Source: Mobula hypostoma (Eukaryota). From it: a DNA stretch of 64,000 nt. Below the pieces are notes generated by a model. It did no database searches. It saw nothing but the letters and a program-made list of their open reading frames with translations, and was not told where the DNA came from. The position numbers and the translations under genes are program-made. Shown piece by piece: positions 13,696 to 24,010 of this stretch; position 1 is the first letter of the stretch; each line of letters opens with the position of its first letter. The DNA lies in assembly GCF_963921235.1 (NCBI RefSeq), contig NC_086108.1, forward strand, positions 88,848,001 through 88,912,000, written 5' to 3'.

Positions 13696-14362
13696 GGGGA
13701 GGGATGGAGCCAAGTGCTGGACAGGTGATTGGCAAAAGGGATACGAGAGGATCATGGGACAGGAGGCCCAGGGAGAAGGAAAGGGGGGGGGGAACCCAGA
13801 GGATGGGCAAGGGGTATATTCAGAGGGACAGAGGGAGAAAAAGGAGAGTGAGAGAAAGAATGTGTGTATAAAAATAAGTAACAGATGGGGTACGAGGGGG
13901 AGGTTGGGCATTAGTGGAAGTTTGAGAAGTCAATGTTCATGCCAGCAGGTTGGAGGCTACCCAGACGGAATATAAGGTGTTGTTCCTCCAACCTGAGTGT
14001 GGCTTCATCTTTACAGTAGAGGAGGCCGTGGATAGACATATCAGAATGGCAATGGGACATGGAATTTCTCCCTAGGCCTCCTGTCCCATGATCCTCTCAT
14101 ATCCCTTTTGCCAACCAACTGTCCAGCTCTTGGTTCCATCCCTCCCCCTCCTGTCTTCTCCTATCATTTCAGATCTCCCGTTCCCTCTCCCACTTTCAAA
14201 TCTCTTACTAGCTCTTCTTTCAGTTAGTCCTGACGAAGGGTCTCGGCCCAAAACGTTGACTGTACCTCTTCCTAGAGATGCTGCCTGGTCTGCTGTGTTC
14301 ACCTGCAACTTTTATGTGTATTGCTTGAAATTCTAGCATCTGCAGTTTTCCTCATGTTTGTG
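13694..14362. mobile_element. Penelope-like element remnant with inverted arrangement (minus fragment 13694-14065, plus terminal repeat 14066-14362)
   Basis: 13915-14065(-) encodes an RLEEQHLIFRLGSLQPAGMNIDF-like GIY-YIG C-terminus. 13694-13777 and 14066-14149 form an 84-bp inverted repeat. Confidence 0.85.
14226..14261 (+). ncRNA. Minimal type-I hammerhead ribozyme-like motif (core mutated)
   Basis: agtc-CTGACGA-agggtctcggccc-AAAA-cgtt-gact. CUGANGA is intact and stems agtc/gact and ggg/ccc pair. GAAA>AAAA and GUC>GUU are both at CpG positions. Confidence 0.65.
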
Positions 14363-14662
14363 TTATATGTCACCGCATACTATCTTGAGGTTTTTGCAGG
14401 CATTTACAGTAGAACTGAGAAATACAATAAAATCAATGAAAAACTACTCGCAAACAATGTGCAAAAATCGATAAACTGTGCAAATAAGAAATAAGGAAAT
14501 AAATAATTTCCATATTTGCATTGTCCTTGAAAGTCAGTGCACAGGTTCTGGAGTCAATTCAGAGTTGAGGTGAGTGAGGTTATTCACGCTGTTTCATGAG
14601 TTTGATGGTTGAAGGGTAATAATTGTTCTTGAACCCTGTGTTGTGGGACCTAAGGCTAAGTA

Positions 14663-14967
14663 GGCATCCGTTAGTCTCGTGAGACCATGGATTTGCACCT
14701 TGTAAGTTTTCCAGGGCGCAGGCCTGGACAAGGTTGTATGGAAGACCGGCAGTTGCCCATGCTGCAAGTCTCCCCTCTTCACGCCATAGATGTTGTCCAA
14801 GGGAAGGGCACTAGGGCCGATACAACTTGGCGCTGGTGTCGTCGCAGAGCAATGTGTGGTTAAGTGCCTTGCTCAAGGACACAACACGCTGCCTCAGCTG
14901 AGGCTCGAGCTAGCGACCTTCAGATCACTAGACCAATGCCTTAACCACTTGGCCACGCGCCAACAAG
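14663..14967 (-). mobile_element. tRNA-derived SINE with CORE-like segment, flanked by a 9-bp TSD
   Basis: Minus-strand head ggcgcgtggccaagtggttaagg...gctcgagcc has A/B-box-like motifs, followed by tgtgtccttgagcaaggcacttaac (CORE-like). Direct repeat ggctaagta at 14654-14662 and 14968-14976. Confidence 0.8.
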
Positions 14968-17050
14968 GGCTAAGTACGCCAGTCACATGGGGACACCACC
15001 ACTCACATGGTCAGCTTCAAATTACACAGCATCCTGACTTAGACGCTTTCTGTTTCATTGTCATTGGGTCTGTGTTACAGTACCCTCCCACCCATACATT
15101 ATTGACATACCTTTACCCAGCTTTTATTTTCTCCATGTAAAAGGACAGCTCAGCCTACCTGTTCTAGGGCAATAAATGATGCACAATATATCCCAGTGAT
15201 GTCTAGATTGTAAAAAAATAAATGACCATATATATAAGTGAAAAACTAAACTCCTGGAGGTGAACACCTTTGCAGATTGTGAGGTTTATGCATTGATTCT
15301 TGAGTATGAATCATCAATATAAATTTTGAGTGATTGTGGTCCCACCACACTTCCAATAGAAAACCACCTGACACATTTTACCATTATGAGTAGCTATCCA
15401 AACAATTTACCTTCTGGTTTCTCTTTTGTGGTTTACTAATAGGCACCTGTTCCTTGACTTCACATGTTCTGAACCGCCTATTGCTTTCCCTTATCAAAGT
15501 CCTTTTCAAAATCCAAATGAAATGCAGCTGCTGCATTATTGTTGCCTGCGTACGTTGGTCCTGACCTTTCAAAGATTTCAATAAGCTTGATTGAATGTGA
15601 TCTTCCTCTTAGAAATTTGTGTTGGCGATTCTTTGATATATTTTTGGTTTCTGAATTTCAGTTGATTACATCTTTTAGTAAAAAAAAATCAACTAACTGA
15701 TGTAATCAATTTTGTTTGCAATTTTCAGGATTTGTTCCACCTCTTTCTTTTTAGTAACAGAACAACCTTAGCTGTCTTCCAGTCTTCTAATACTGTTTCC
15801 TTTTCAATTATTTTTGCAAATCTATAAATCCTTTGATATTTAAGATATGGTTCATTCAAAACTGGGGTTTTATTCTCTTATGTGATAATTGTTTGTTGCT
15901 GGACTGCTAACATTATTGCGAAGTTTTCTGTACAGGTTCAGGTAGATAAAACAATTGTGAGACATTAACATAGAAAATCTACAGTATATTACAGGCCCTT
16001 CGGCCCACGTTATGCTGACCATGTAACCTACTCGAGAAACTGCCTAGAATTTTCCTAGCGCTCTATTTCTCTGAGCTCCATGTACCTATCTAAGAGGCTC
16101 TTAAAATACCCTTTAATTAAAATTAACCTTTAACTGGCATTAAAACTTTAGATCAGTATCTCAAAGAAAATTTGTTATTTTTGAAACAATGCAAAAGTAA
16201 TTTATTTCCTCATTTTCCAAAGAAGTTTAATGCTTGACACTTCTGTACAAATACAGTACAACATTTTTTTTCTGGGCTTAGAGACTGGATAATGTAATGA
16301 TGTGTCAATTTCTAAATTAAGTTTTAAATCTTATGATCAAATTATTGGCTGTCATTAATATATTATTCAGTAGACACTCAAGAATAATCATTTCCAATTG
16401 CAAGTAATTATGGCAAATGCAGTTATCTTAACTATTATTAATACATAGCAAATATATTTTCAAATATTTTAACTATGTAGATCTCTAAATGAGATCCAAA
16501 CTAATAGAAATACTTTGAGGAGGTATCCTGTCAGCCATGTATAACATCTGTCTTCCTATTGCTGTAACATATTTTGAAAAATCACAATAAAAATCTTTTA
16601 GACCATGGTTATTACAAGAATGTCATCATGGCATAGAGAGAAACGTTATAATTAGATTGATGTGGCATCAGGCTTTAGTCTCAACTAGAAGAAAATAGCC
16701 TGCCCTTAGACTCTGACATCACATGAAAACAGATACTTTAAAAATCATTTGCAGGGACATACGCCTCTGCTACACTCTCTTGTAGATTTCAATTCTTAAT
16801 TTTTTGACTTCAATGGTTATTTAATCCAACAATGAAAATATACAATTCTACCACTGTACAGGGAGAGATCAAATGCGGGGAATATTTTGATATAAACATC
16901 GCGAGTCTTTAATTAACTAATTCTTGCCAGAAAGGAATACTTAACTGAAGTTGAAGATCCTTGGAGACTTTGACCTGAAAGTGTCCTTCACGCATACTTA
17001 CAAACAATACACAGATTGGATTACACAAAAGGCAAATTTAGAGGACTTAC

Positions 17051-17096
17051 AGTGATGGCTTGTAGTCTTTCCTTTAGTAGGTAAGTCTCGTCCATC
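17051..17096 (-). CDS. PALMD: 46-nt coding exon of a paralemmin-family gene, most like the palmdelphin N-terminus (MDETYLLKERLQAIT)
   Basis: Minus strand reads cttttgctctttctgttttgatttAG|g ATG GAC GAG ACT TAC CTA CTA AAG GAA AGA CTA CAA GCC ATC ACT|GTAAGT. Polypyrimidine acceptor, consensus donor and phase-0 end. The peptide matches the paralemmin N-terminal motif ERLQAI(A/T); from recall, QAIT is the palmdelphin form. Paralogue assignment is less certain than family. Confidence 0.8.
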
Positions 17097-17345
17097 CTAA
17101 ATCAAAACAGAAAGAGCAAAAGTAGATGGCTGGCGAACATGAGCAGGAGAGGGAGACGCGAGTGCAGGCGTGTGCTACAGCTGGGGTGGAGAATATTCCT
17201 GGCTTGTCAGGACGTCTCCCAGCAGATGATGGTACTGGCCTGACTCAGACAGGCACATGCGATGAAGGTTGCAGAAGCAGATTGCTGGCCTGACTGTCAC
17301 ATTTGAGTGACAGACCATATGTTCTCCTTGGCCCAGAATTCCTTT
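17097..17345 (-). promoter_or_regulatory. Candidate alternative 5'UTR or proximal regulatory region of the PALMD-like gene
   Basis: Directly upstream of the exon with no recognisable repeat. Locally GC-richer, with retained CpGs, an AP-1 consensus TGACTCA at 17241-17247 and GACGTC at 17211-17216. Confidence 0.35.
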
Positions 17346-17570
17346 TGTTCAATTGTTTCAGGAGGTGAGGCAGCTTCCTGCTATCCAGCATTCAGAGAAA
17401 ATACAGTTTCTTACAGATAAAAAAAGATTGCATGTCTGCAATAAGAACCAAAAATGCAGAATGCTACTGAACAGTTAACATGTACAACTAATATTAAAGA
17501 TATAAAGTGGGTATATTTCAGAGGTTCAGAATGAAAGAAAAAAATGAGTTTTATAAAAGAATTCCTCAAT

Positions 17571-18558
17571 TGTTCTGGGACTCCTACTCTTCGTGATTTT
17601 TAGAAATGACCTGGATGAGGAAGTGGAGGGATGGGTTAGTAAATCTGCTGATGACGCAAAGGTTGGGGTTGTTGTGGATAGTGTGGAGGGCTGTCAGAAG
17701 ATACAGCGGGACATTGATATGATGCAAAACTAGGCTGAGAAGTGGCAGATGGAGTTCAGCCCAGATAAGTGTCAGATGGTGCATTTTGGTAGGTCAAATA
17801 TGATGGCAGAATACAGCATTAATGGTAAGACTCTTGGCAGTGTGGAGGATCAGAGGGATCTTGGAGTTTGAGTCCATAGGACACTCAAAGCTGCTGCGCA
17901 GGTTGACTCTGCGTTAAGAAGGCATATGATGTATTGGTCTTCATCAACCATGGGATTCAGCTTAAGAGCCGAGAGGTAATGTTGCAGCTATATAGGACCC
18001 TGGTCAGACCCCACTTGGAGTACTGTGCTCAATTCTGGTCGCCTCACTACAGGAACGACGTGGAAACCATAGAAAGGGTGCAGAGGAGATTTACAAGGAT
18101 GTTGCCTGGATTGGGGAGCTTGCCTTATGGGAATAGGTTGAATGAACTCGGCCTTTTCTCCTTGGAGCAACGGAGGATGAGAGGTGACCTGATAGAGGTG
18201 TATAAGTTAATGAGAGGCATTGATTGTGTGGGTAGTCAGAGGCTTTTCCCCAGGGCTGAAATGGCTAGCATGAGAGGGCATATTTTAAGGTGCTTGGAAG
18301 TAGGTACAGAGGAGATGTCAGGGGTAAGTTTTTTTACGCAGAGAGTGGTGAGTGCGTGGAATGGGCTGTCGGCGGCGGTGATGGAGGTGGAAATGATAGG
18401 GTCTTTTAAGAGACTCCTGGATATGTACATGGAGCTTAGAAAAATAGAGGGCTATGGGTAAGCCTAGATAGTTCTAAGGTAAGGACATGTTTGGCACAGT
18501 TTTGTAGGCCGAAGGGCCTGTATTGTGCTGTAGATTTTCTATGGTTCTATGTTTCTAA
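17571..18558 (+). mobile_element. CR1 LINE, 5'-truncated
   Basis: Starts at the VLG.LLF RT segment. ORF 17934-18461 contains LYRTLVRPHLEYCAQFWSP and RRMRGDLIEVYK. Tail tctatggttctatgtttcta. Confidence 0.92.
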
Positions 18559-18569
18559 TTCTTTGATGG

Positions 18570-18960
18570 TACAGAGATACAGTTGGTAGAGAAGCTGCTT
18601 CACAGCTCCTGTAATCCATGTAGAATCCAGACCTCTGATGCTGTCTATGTGGAGTTTACATGTTCTTGCTGTGACTTTGTGAATTTTCTTTGGGTTCTCC
18701 AGTTTCCTCCCAATGCTCTGCCACTTAGTGGGTTAACTGGGCAAAATACATTGCCTCTTGTGTGTAGCAGAGCAGTAGAATCTAGGGGGGGTTGTTGGGA
18801 ATTGAGGGAAGTTGTGAGAGTAAGCATGGTAGGCATGCTATTTTGGCCTGGAATGTGTGGCAATATTTGTGGGCTTCCCCTAGCACATTTTTGGGTGTGT
18901 CTGTTGCCAATGCAAATAAAGCATTTCACTATATGTTTCGATGTAGGTGATAAGTAAATC
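18570..18960 (+). mobile_element. Degenerate V-SINE/HE1-like SINE
   Basis: tRNA-like head followed by the V-domain-like tgtggagtttacatgttct...gggttctccagtttcctccc. Confidence 0.6.
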
Positions 18961-19754
18961 CGAACCTGATTTTGTAAATTGTGAAGTATCTGTGCAGTGA
19001 TATTCACATCCCAGAAAGAGCAAAAGTTACAGCTAACAATGTATTTTTGAAGTGTTGAGACTGTAGTGGTGCACGGCAGTGGGGGCGATTGGGGAATTTC
19101 AAGATCTGAGACTGAAGGATCCTTATCGTTTTCCGATTAACCACCTGCAGCCTGTTCCTTATTTTCATGCTGCTGGTGAGATGCCCACATCAATCTGCTG
19201 GGAATGTGAGGAGGTGTGAGCGTCTGGTGGCTGCTGAACTCTAAGTAGCATCAGCGATTGGCCAGATGGGGTGATTGGTATTGGAATTACATTTTCCATC
19301 CCTTCTTCTGCCTGACGCCAGCTCAGAGTACTGTGGCCAATTGCACTGTGTCAGAATCTTTACTCATTATTAACTTCGTATAGAAAGGAGATGTTGCAGA
19401 AGACATTGGTCGTTGCCAGTATTCTAAGCAGTCTGATGTCAGAGTGTCTGCTCTTCCTCGGCAACAGATCAGTTTCTTGTATAATGCAATCAGCCATGTT
19501 TATAATGCTGACATTGATCAATTACATGCCTCAACATAAGAGAGACCTTCTTTGGCCATGTGGCTCAACACTGTCTGATGGTGAATCATCAACTTAATTT
19601 AGAATCACAAACAATAACCTTTTGGTTTATTCTTGATCAAAGGACTTTGTCTCTGCAAAAAAAAAAATGCTGTTTGGTAAGTGTAATGATCAAAATTAAA
19701 ATGTCTTTTTTAAACACGTTATCAGACTGCAAACGTTATCGAGTAAATAATTGC

Positions 19755-20010
19755 TGAGTTGAGGAAAAACTTTTTCACCCAGAGAGAGGTGGATATGTGG
19801 AATGCTCTGCTCCAGAAGGCAGTGGGGGCCAAGTCTCTGGATGCTTTCAAGAAAGAGATGGATAGAGCTCTTAAAGATAGCGGAATCAAAGGTTATGGGG
19901 ATAAGGCAGGAACTGGATACTGATAGTGGATCAGCCATAATCACCATGAATGGCGGTGTTGGCTGGAAGGGCCGAATGGCTTAATCCTGCACCTATTGTC
20001 TATTGTTTCT
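19755..20010 (+). mobile_element. CR1 3' end fragment
   Basis: aactttttcacccagagagaggtggatatgtggaatgctctg...cctgcacctattgtctattg tail. Confidence 0.8.
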
Positions 20011-20074
20011 AAGTCCACATTTTGTTCATTTACCCTGATAACGGTTTTATTTTTGGCTTTAACCCAAAGGTAGA

Positions 20075-20735
20075 GCAGCATGGTAGTGTAGCGATTAGCG
20101 GAACACTTTACAGTGCCAGCTACCAGAGCATGGTTCGATCCCTGCCACTGCCTGTAAGGAACCTGTATGTTCTCCTCATGACCACGTGGGTTTCATCCGG
20201 GTTCTCTAGGGAAGAGCCCTAGAGTGGTTCTTCCCACACTCCAAATATGTACAGTTAGGGTCGATAAGTTGTGGGCATGCTACGTTTGAGGAGGAAGCAT
20301 GGCGGCACTCCCTCAACCATCAGACTCTTGAACCAAAAGGGATAATCTTGATTCAACTTCACTTGCCCCATCATTGAAATGCTCCCACAACTTATGGACT
20401 CACCTTCAAGGACGCTTCATCTTATATTCTCAATATTTATTGCTTTTTATCTATTATTATTATTTCTTTCTTTATATAATTGTGCGGTTTGTTGTCTTGT
20501 GCACGCTGGTTGAACACTCCATTTGGTGCGGTCTTTCATTGATTCTATTACGGATTCATTCAGTATGCTCTCAAGAAAATGAATCTCACGGTTGTATATA
20601 GTGACATATATGTACTTTGAATTTTGACACTTTCAGCTGCCCCCAGCACATCCTATGTTGGTCATTGCTGCACACAATGTATTTCACTGTATATTACAAT
20701 ATTTCAATGCCCATGAGGCCTATAAAGCTAATCTT
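20075..20735 (+). mobile_element. V-SINE-like element interrupted by a Rex1-like 3' tail (about 20310-20620)
   Basis: Head gcagcatggtagtgtagcgattag...ggttcgatcc, then V-like gttctcctcatgaccacgtgggtttc. The Rex1 tail matches 7615-7850. SINE-like sequence resumes near 20625. Confidence 0.6.
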
Positions 20736-21024
20736 TACACATTAAGTATTTACTCTGTTTATATCCTCCAGACGATGATTTTGGTTTTGCTGTCATTGAT
20801 GTGATAGATGCCTCTAACCATGGCTGATTTCTGGACTAAGTTGTTTTCAGTCACGTTTTTCCACTTTCCCCATTTGAGTAACTTCGTAGCAGTTAGTTTT
20901 ACTCTCAGTGGCAAGCTCCTGCTCAGTGACGACGTTTGAGGAAGAGGGATGAGAGGTGTTTCAGAACAAACCTTAGGCATGAAATAGATGACAAAGCATT
21001 GACAACTATCTAAGGCATGTTTTT

Positions 21025-21300
21025 TTTTGAGATACAGCATGGAATAGTCCTTGCTGCCCCTTCGAGCTGCACTGCCCAGCGATACCCCAATTTTAATTCT
21101 AGCCTAATCATGGGTCAATTTATAAAGACCAATTAACACACCGTGTGTCTGGACAGTCTAGCCTGTGGGAGAAAACCGGAGCACCTGGAGGAAACCCATG
21201 CGGTCATGGGGAGAATGTATAAACTCCTTACAGGCAGGGTCAGGTCGCCTGTACTGTAAAGCTCTGTGCTAACCACTCCGCTAACAGGCCACTGTACCGT
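21025..21300 (-). mobile_element. V-SINE-like element
   Basis: gggagaaaaccggagcacctggaggaaacccatgcggtcatggggagaatg is the reverse complement of the V-domain-like segment. Confidence 0.7.
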
Positions 21301-21348
21301 GCATGTGTTTTGGCTTATATGACTGTCAAACCTATTAGATATTTCAAT

Positions 21349-23057
21349 CGTAAACACAAAATAATCTGCAGATGCTGGGGTGTCCAATCCCTATACAATA
21401 CATTCCACATGAAGGAGGCCTCAAAGCCTCCGCTACTTTCTGGATAATAGCCCTCACCAGTTCCCCACCACCACTACCCTCCTCCGGTTGGCGGAACTGG
21501 TACTCTCACTCAATAACTTCTCTTTTGACTCTTCCCACTTTCTTCAGAACAAGGGTGTAGCTATGGGAACTCGCATGGGCCCTAGCTATGCCTGCCTCTT
21601 TGTTGGTTATGTGGAACAGTCTGTGCTCCAAACCTATTCTGGTACTGCTCCCCAACTTTTCCTTCGGTACACTGACGACTACATTGGTGCTGCTTCCTGC
21701 ACCCATGTTGAGCTCGTCAATTTCATTGACTTTACTTCAAACTTCCACCCAGCCCTCAAATTCACTTGGTCTATCTCGGACACTTCTCTCCCCTTTCTCG
21801 ATCTCTCGGTCTTCATCTCTGGAGACAGACTGTCCACTGACATCTTCTACAAGCCTACTGACTCTCATAACTACCTCGACTATACCTCTTCCCACCCCGC
21901 CACATGCAAAAATGCCATTCCCTATTCCCAATTCCTCCGTCTCCGCCGCATCTGCTCCGAGGATGAGGTTTTCCATTCCAGGATATCTCAAATGTCCTCT
22001 TTCTTTAAGGATTGTGGTTTCCCTTCTGCTGTCATCAATGATGCCCTCACCCGCATCTCCTACATTTCCCGCACTTCGGCCCTCACCCCATCCTCCCACC
22101 ACCACAACAGGGACAGAGTTTCCCTTGTCCTCTCCTACCACCCCACTAGCCTCCGGATCCAACACATTATCTTCCGTAACTTCCGCCACCTTCAACAGGA
22201 CCCTACCACTAAGCACATCTTTCCCTCTCCACCCCTCTCCGCCTTCCGCAGGGATCGGTCCCTCCCCACGGATCTCCCACCTGGCACTTATCCCTGTAAG
22301 TGCAAGCGCTAAACCTGTCCCTACACCTCCTCTCTTGCCACCATTCAGGGCCCTAAACAGTACTTCCAAGTGAGGCAACACTTCACTTGTGAGTCTGTTG
22401 GGGTCATCTATTGCATCCGGTGCTCCCGGTGCGGCCTCCTCTACATCGGTGAAACCCGACGCAGATTGGGGGACCGCTTCGTCAAGCACCTCCGCTCCTT
22501 CCGCCAAAACAGACAGGATCTCCCAGTAGCCACCCACTTCAATTCTGCTTCCCACTCTCATTCAGATATGTCCATACATGGCCTCCTCTACTGCCATGAT
22601 GAGGCTAAACTCAGGTTGGAGGAGCAACACCTCATATACTGTCCAGGTAGTCTCCAGCCCCTTGGTATGAACATAGAATTCTCCTACTTCCGGTAATTCC
22701 CTCCCTCTCCCTTCCCCTATCCCTATTTCACTCTGCCCCCTCCCCCAGCTGCCTACCACCTCCCTCATGGTCCCGCCTCCTTCTACTACCCATTGTGTTT
22801 TCCCCTATTCTTTCTTCACCTTTCCTGCCTATCACCTCCCTGCCTCCCCTCCCCCACCCTTCTATCTTTCCCCTTACTGGTTTTTCACCTGGAACCTACC
22901 AGCCTTGTCCTTCCCACCCTCCCCCCACCTTCTTTATAGGGCCCCTGCCCCTTCCCTCTACAGTCCTGACAAAGGGTTCCGGCCCGAAACGTCGACCCAT
23001 CGCTTCCACGGATGCTGCCTGACCTGCTGAGTTCCTCCAGCGTGTTGTGAGTGTTGC
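21349..23057 (+). mobile_element. Penelope-like retroelement, 5'-truncated: RT, GIY-YIG endonuclease and terminal repeat, 14-bp TSD
   Basis: RT motifs GVAMGTRMGPSYACLF, LRYTDDY and FLDL (21488-22312). GIY-YIG GVIYCIRCSRCGLLYIGET (22370-22696). Direct repeat ttagatatttcaat at 21335-21348 and 23058-23071. Confidence 0.95.
22962..22996 (+). ncRNA. Minimal type-I hammerhead ribozyme-like motif in the Penelope terminal repeat
   Basis: agtc-CTGACAA-agggttccggccc-GAAA-CGTC-gac. Stem I gtc/gac, stem II ggg/ccc, palindromic ACGT at stem III. One core change (CUGACGA>CUGACAA). Confidence 0.7.
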
Positions 23058-23524
23058 TTAGATATTTCAATATTTTTGAATGTCATTGACATTCGGAAAC
23101 ACGAAACTAAATTCAACAATTGCAGTTAAAAGTCCTGTATTGTTTTTATTCAAATGACTGAAGGCACTACTCTGCTTCAGGCTCTTAGAGTAGATTTCTC
23201 CCTGCTTTACATCTTTCACCTTTGCCACTTGCATCCCTGAGAAAGTGGGGTTGAGAAAAGGCTGGCAAAGATTCGTTATTGTCTCTGTACCTGGTCTGTG
23301 AGACATGGCAGCTTCTTATGAGAATGCTTACATCATTATACTGTGCACAGAAGGTTTTATGCACCACTAAGTCTGAGTTAGAATCTATCATCTGGGAGGA
23401 GATGTTACATTAAGACCCCATCCGTTCTCCCAGGTGGATGTAAAAGATTTTATGGTATTTTAGAGTAATATCACATCTCTTGGGTATCTCTTGTGCCCAA
23501 ACCCTATGGTTAATCATGGAGGTA

Positions 23525-24010
23525 TTAGAGTTGTAGAACACTACAGCACAGAAATAGGCTATTCAGCACTTGCACTGCTTTCTTGGGGTTGCAAACGACA
23601 AAGGACAAAATTGTAAATCTACTCTAACAGCTTGAGGTAGGTTAGTGCCTCCGTTCATTTGAATGGAGACAACTGTTATTCAGCCTAGTTCCTATCAACC
23701 CACACTTGGGAACTAGCCCTCCATTCCCCTCCCATCCATGTTCTTACCCACACTTCTCTCAACTGCTGCAATTGACCTGCATCCACACCTTACTGGCAGC
23801 TCATTCCACACTCACACCACCCTCTAAATCAGGGGTTCCCAGCCTGGGATCAATGGACGCCTTGCTTAATGGTATTGGTCTATGACATAAAAAAAAGTTT
23901 GGGAACCCCTGCTCTAATTGAAGAAGTTTCTCCTCAGGTGCCCCTTAAATATTTCACCTTTCACCCTTAACCTATGAACTCTAGTTGTAGTCTCACTGAA
24001 CCTCAGTGGT
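23525..24010 (-). mobile_element. CR1 3' fragment containing a MITE
   Basis: ggcagctcattccacactcacaccaccctct...gaagaagtttctcctcaggtgccccttaaat is the reverse of the CR1 FTQRVV..WN segment. Confidence 0.65.
23830..23911. mobile_element. 82-bp hAT-type MITE
   Basis: TIRs caggggttccca / tgggaacccctg. 8-bp TSD ctctaaat (23822-23829) / ctctaatt (23912-23919), one mismatch. Confidence 0.85.

Noticed and set aside
1..17050. Antisense orientation bias of LINEs within the inferred intron
   Set aside because: The longer copies are antisense to the gene, but several fragments are sense and the numbers are too small to claim a bias.
13600..17700. Idea that the CR1 at 17571 is the displaced 3' half of the CR1 ending at 13695
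   Set aside because: The two overlap by about 90 bp of RT sequence and differ at many positions. The 17571 copy matches the 55200-56186 subfamily instead.
21588..22561. Long alternative-frame and antisense ORFs (261 aa +, 274 aa -)
   Set aside because: They overlap the Penelope RT. The C/T-rich strand bias lowers stop frequency, and they contain no recognisable motifs.
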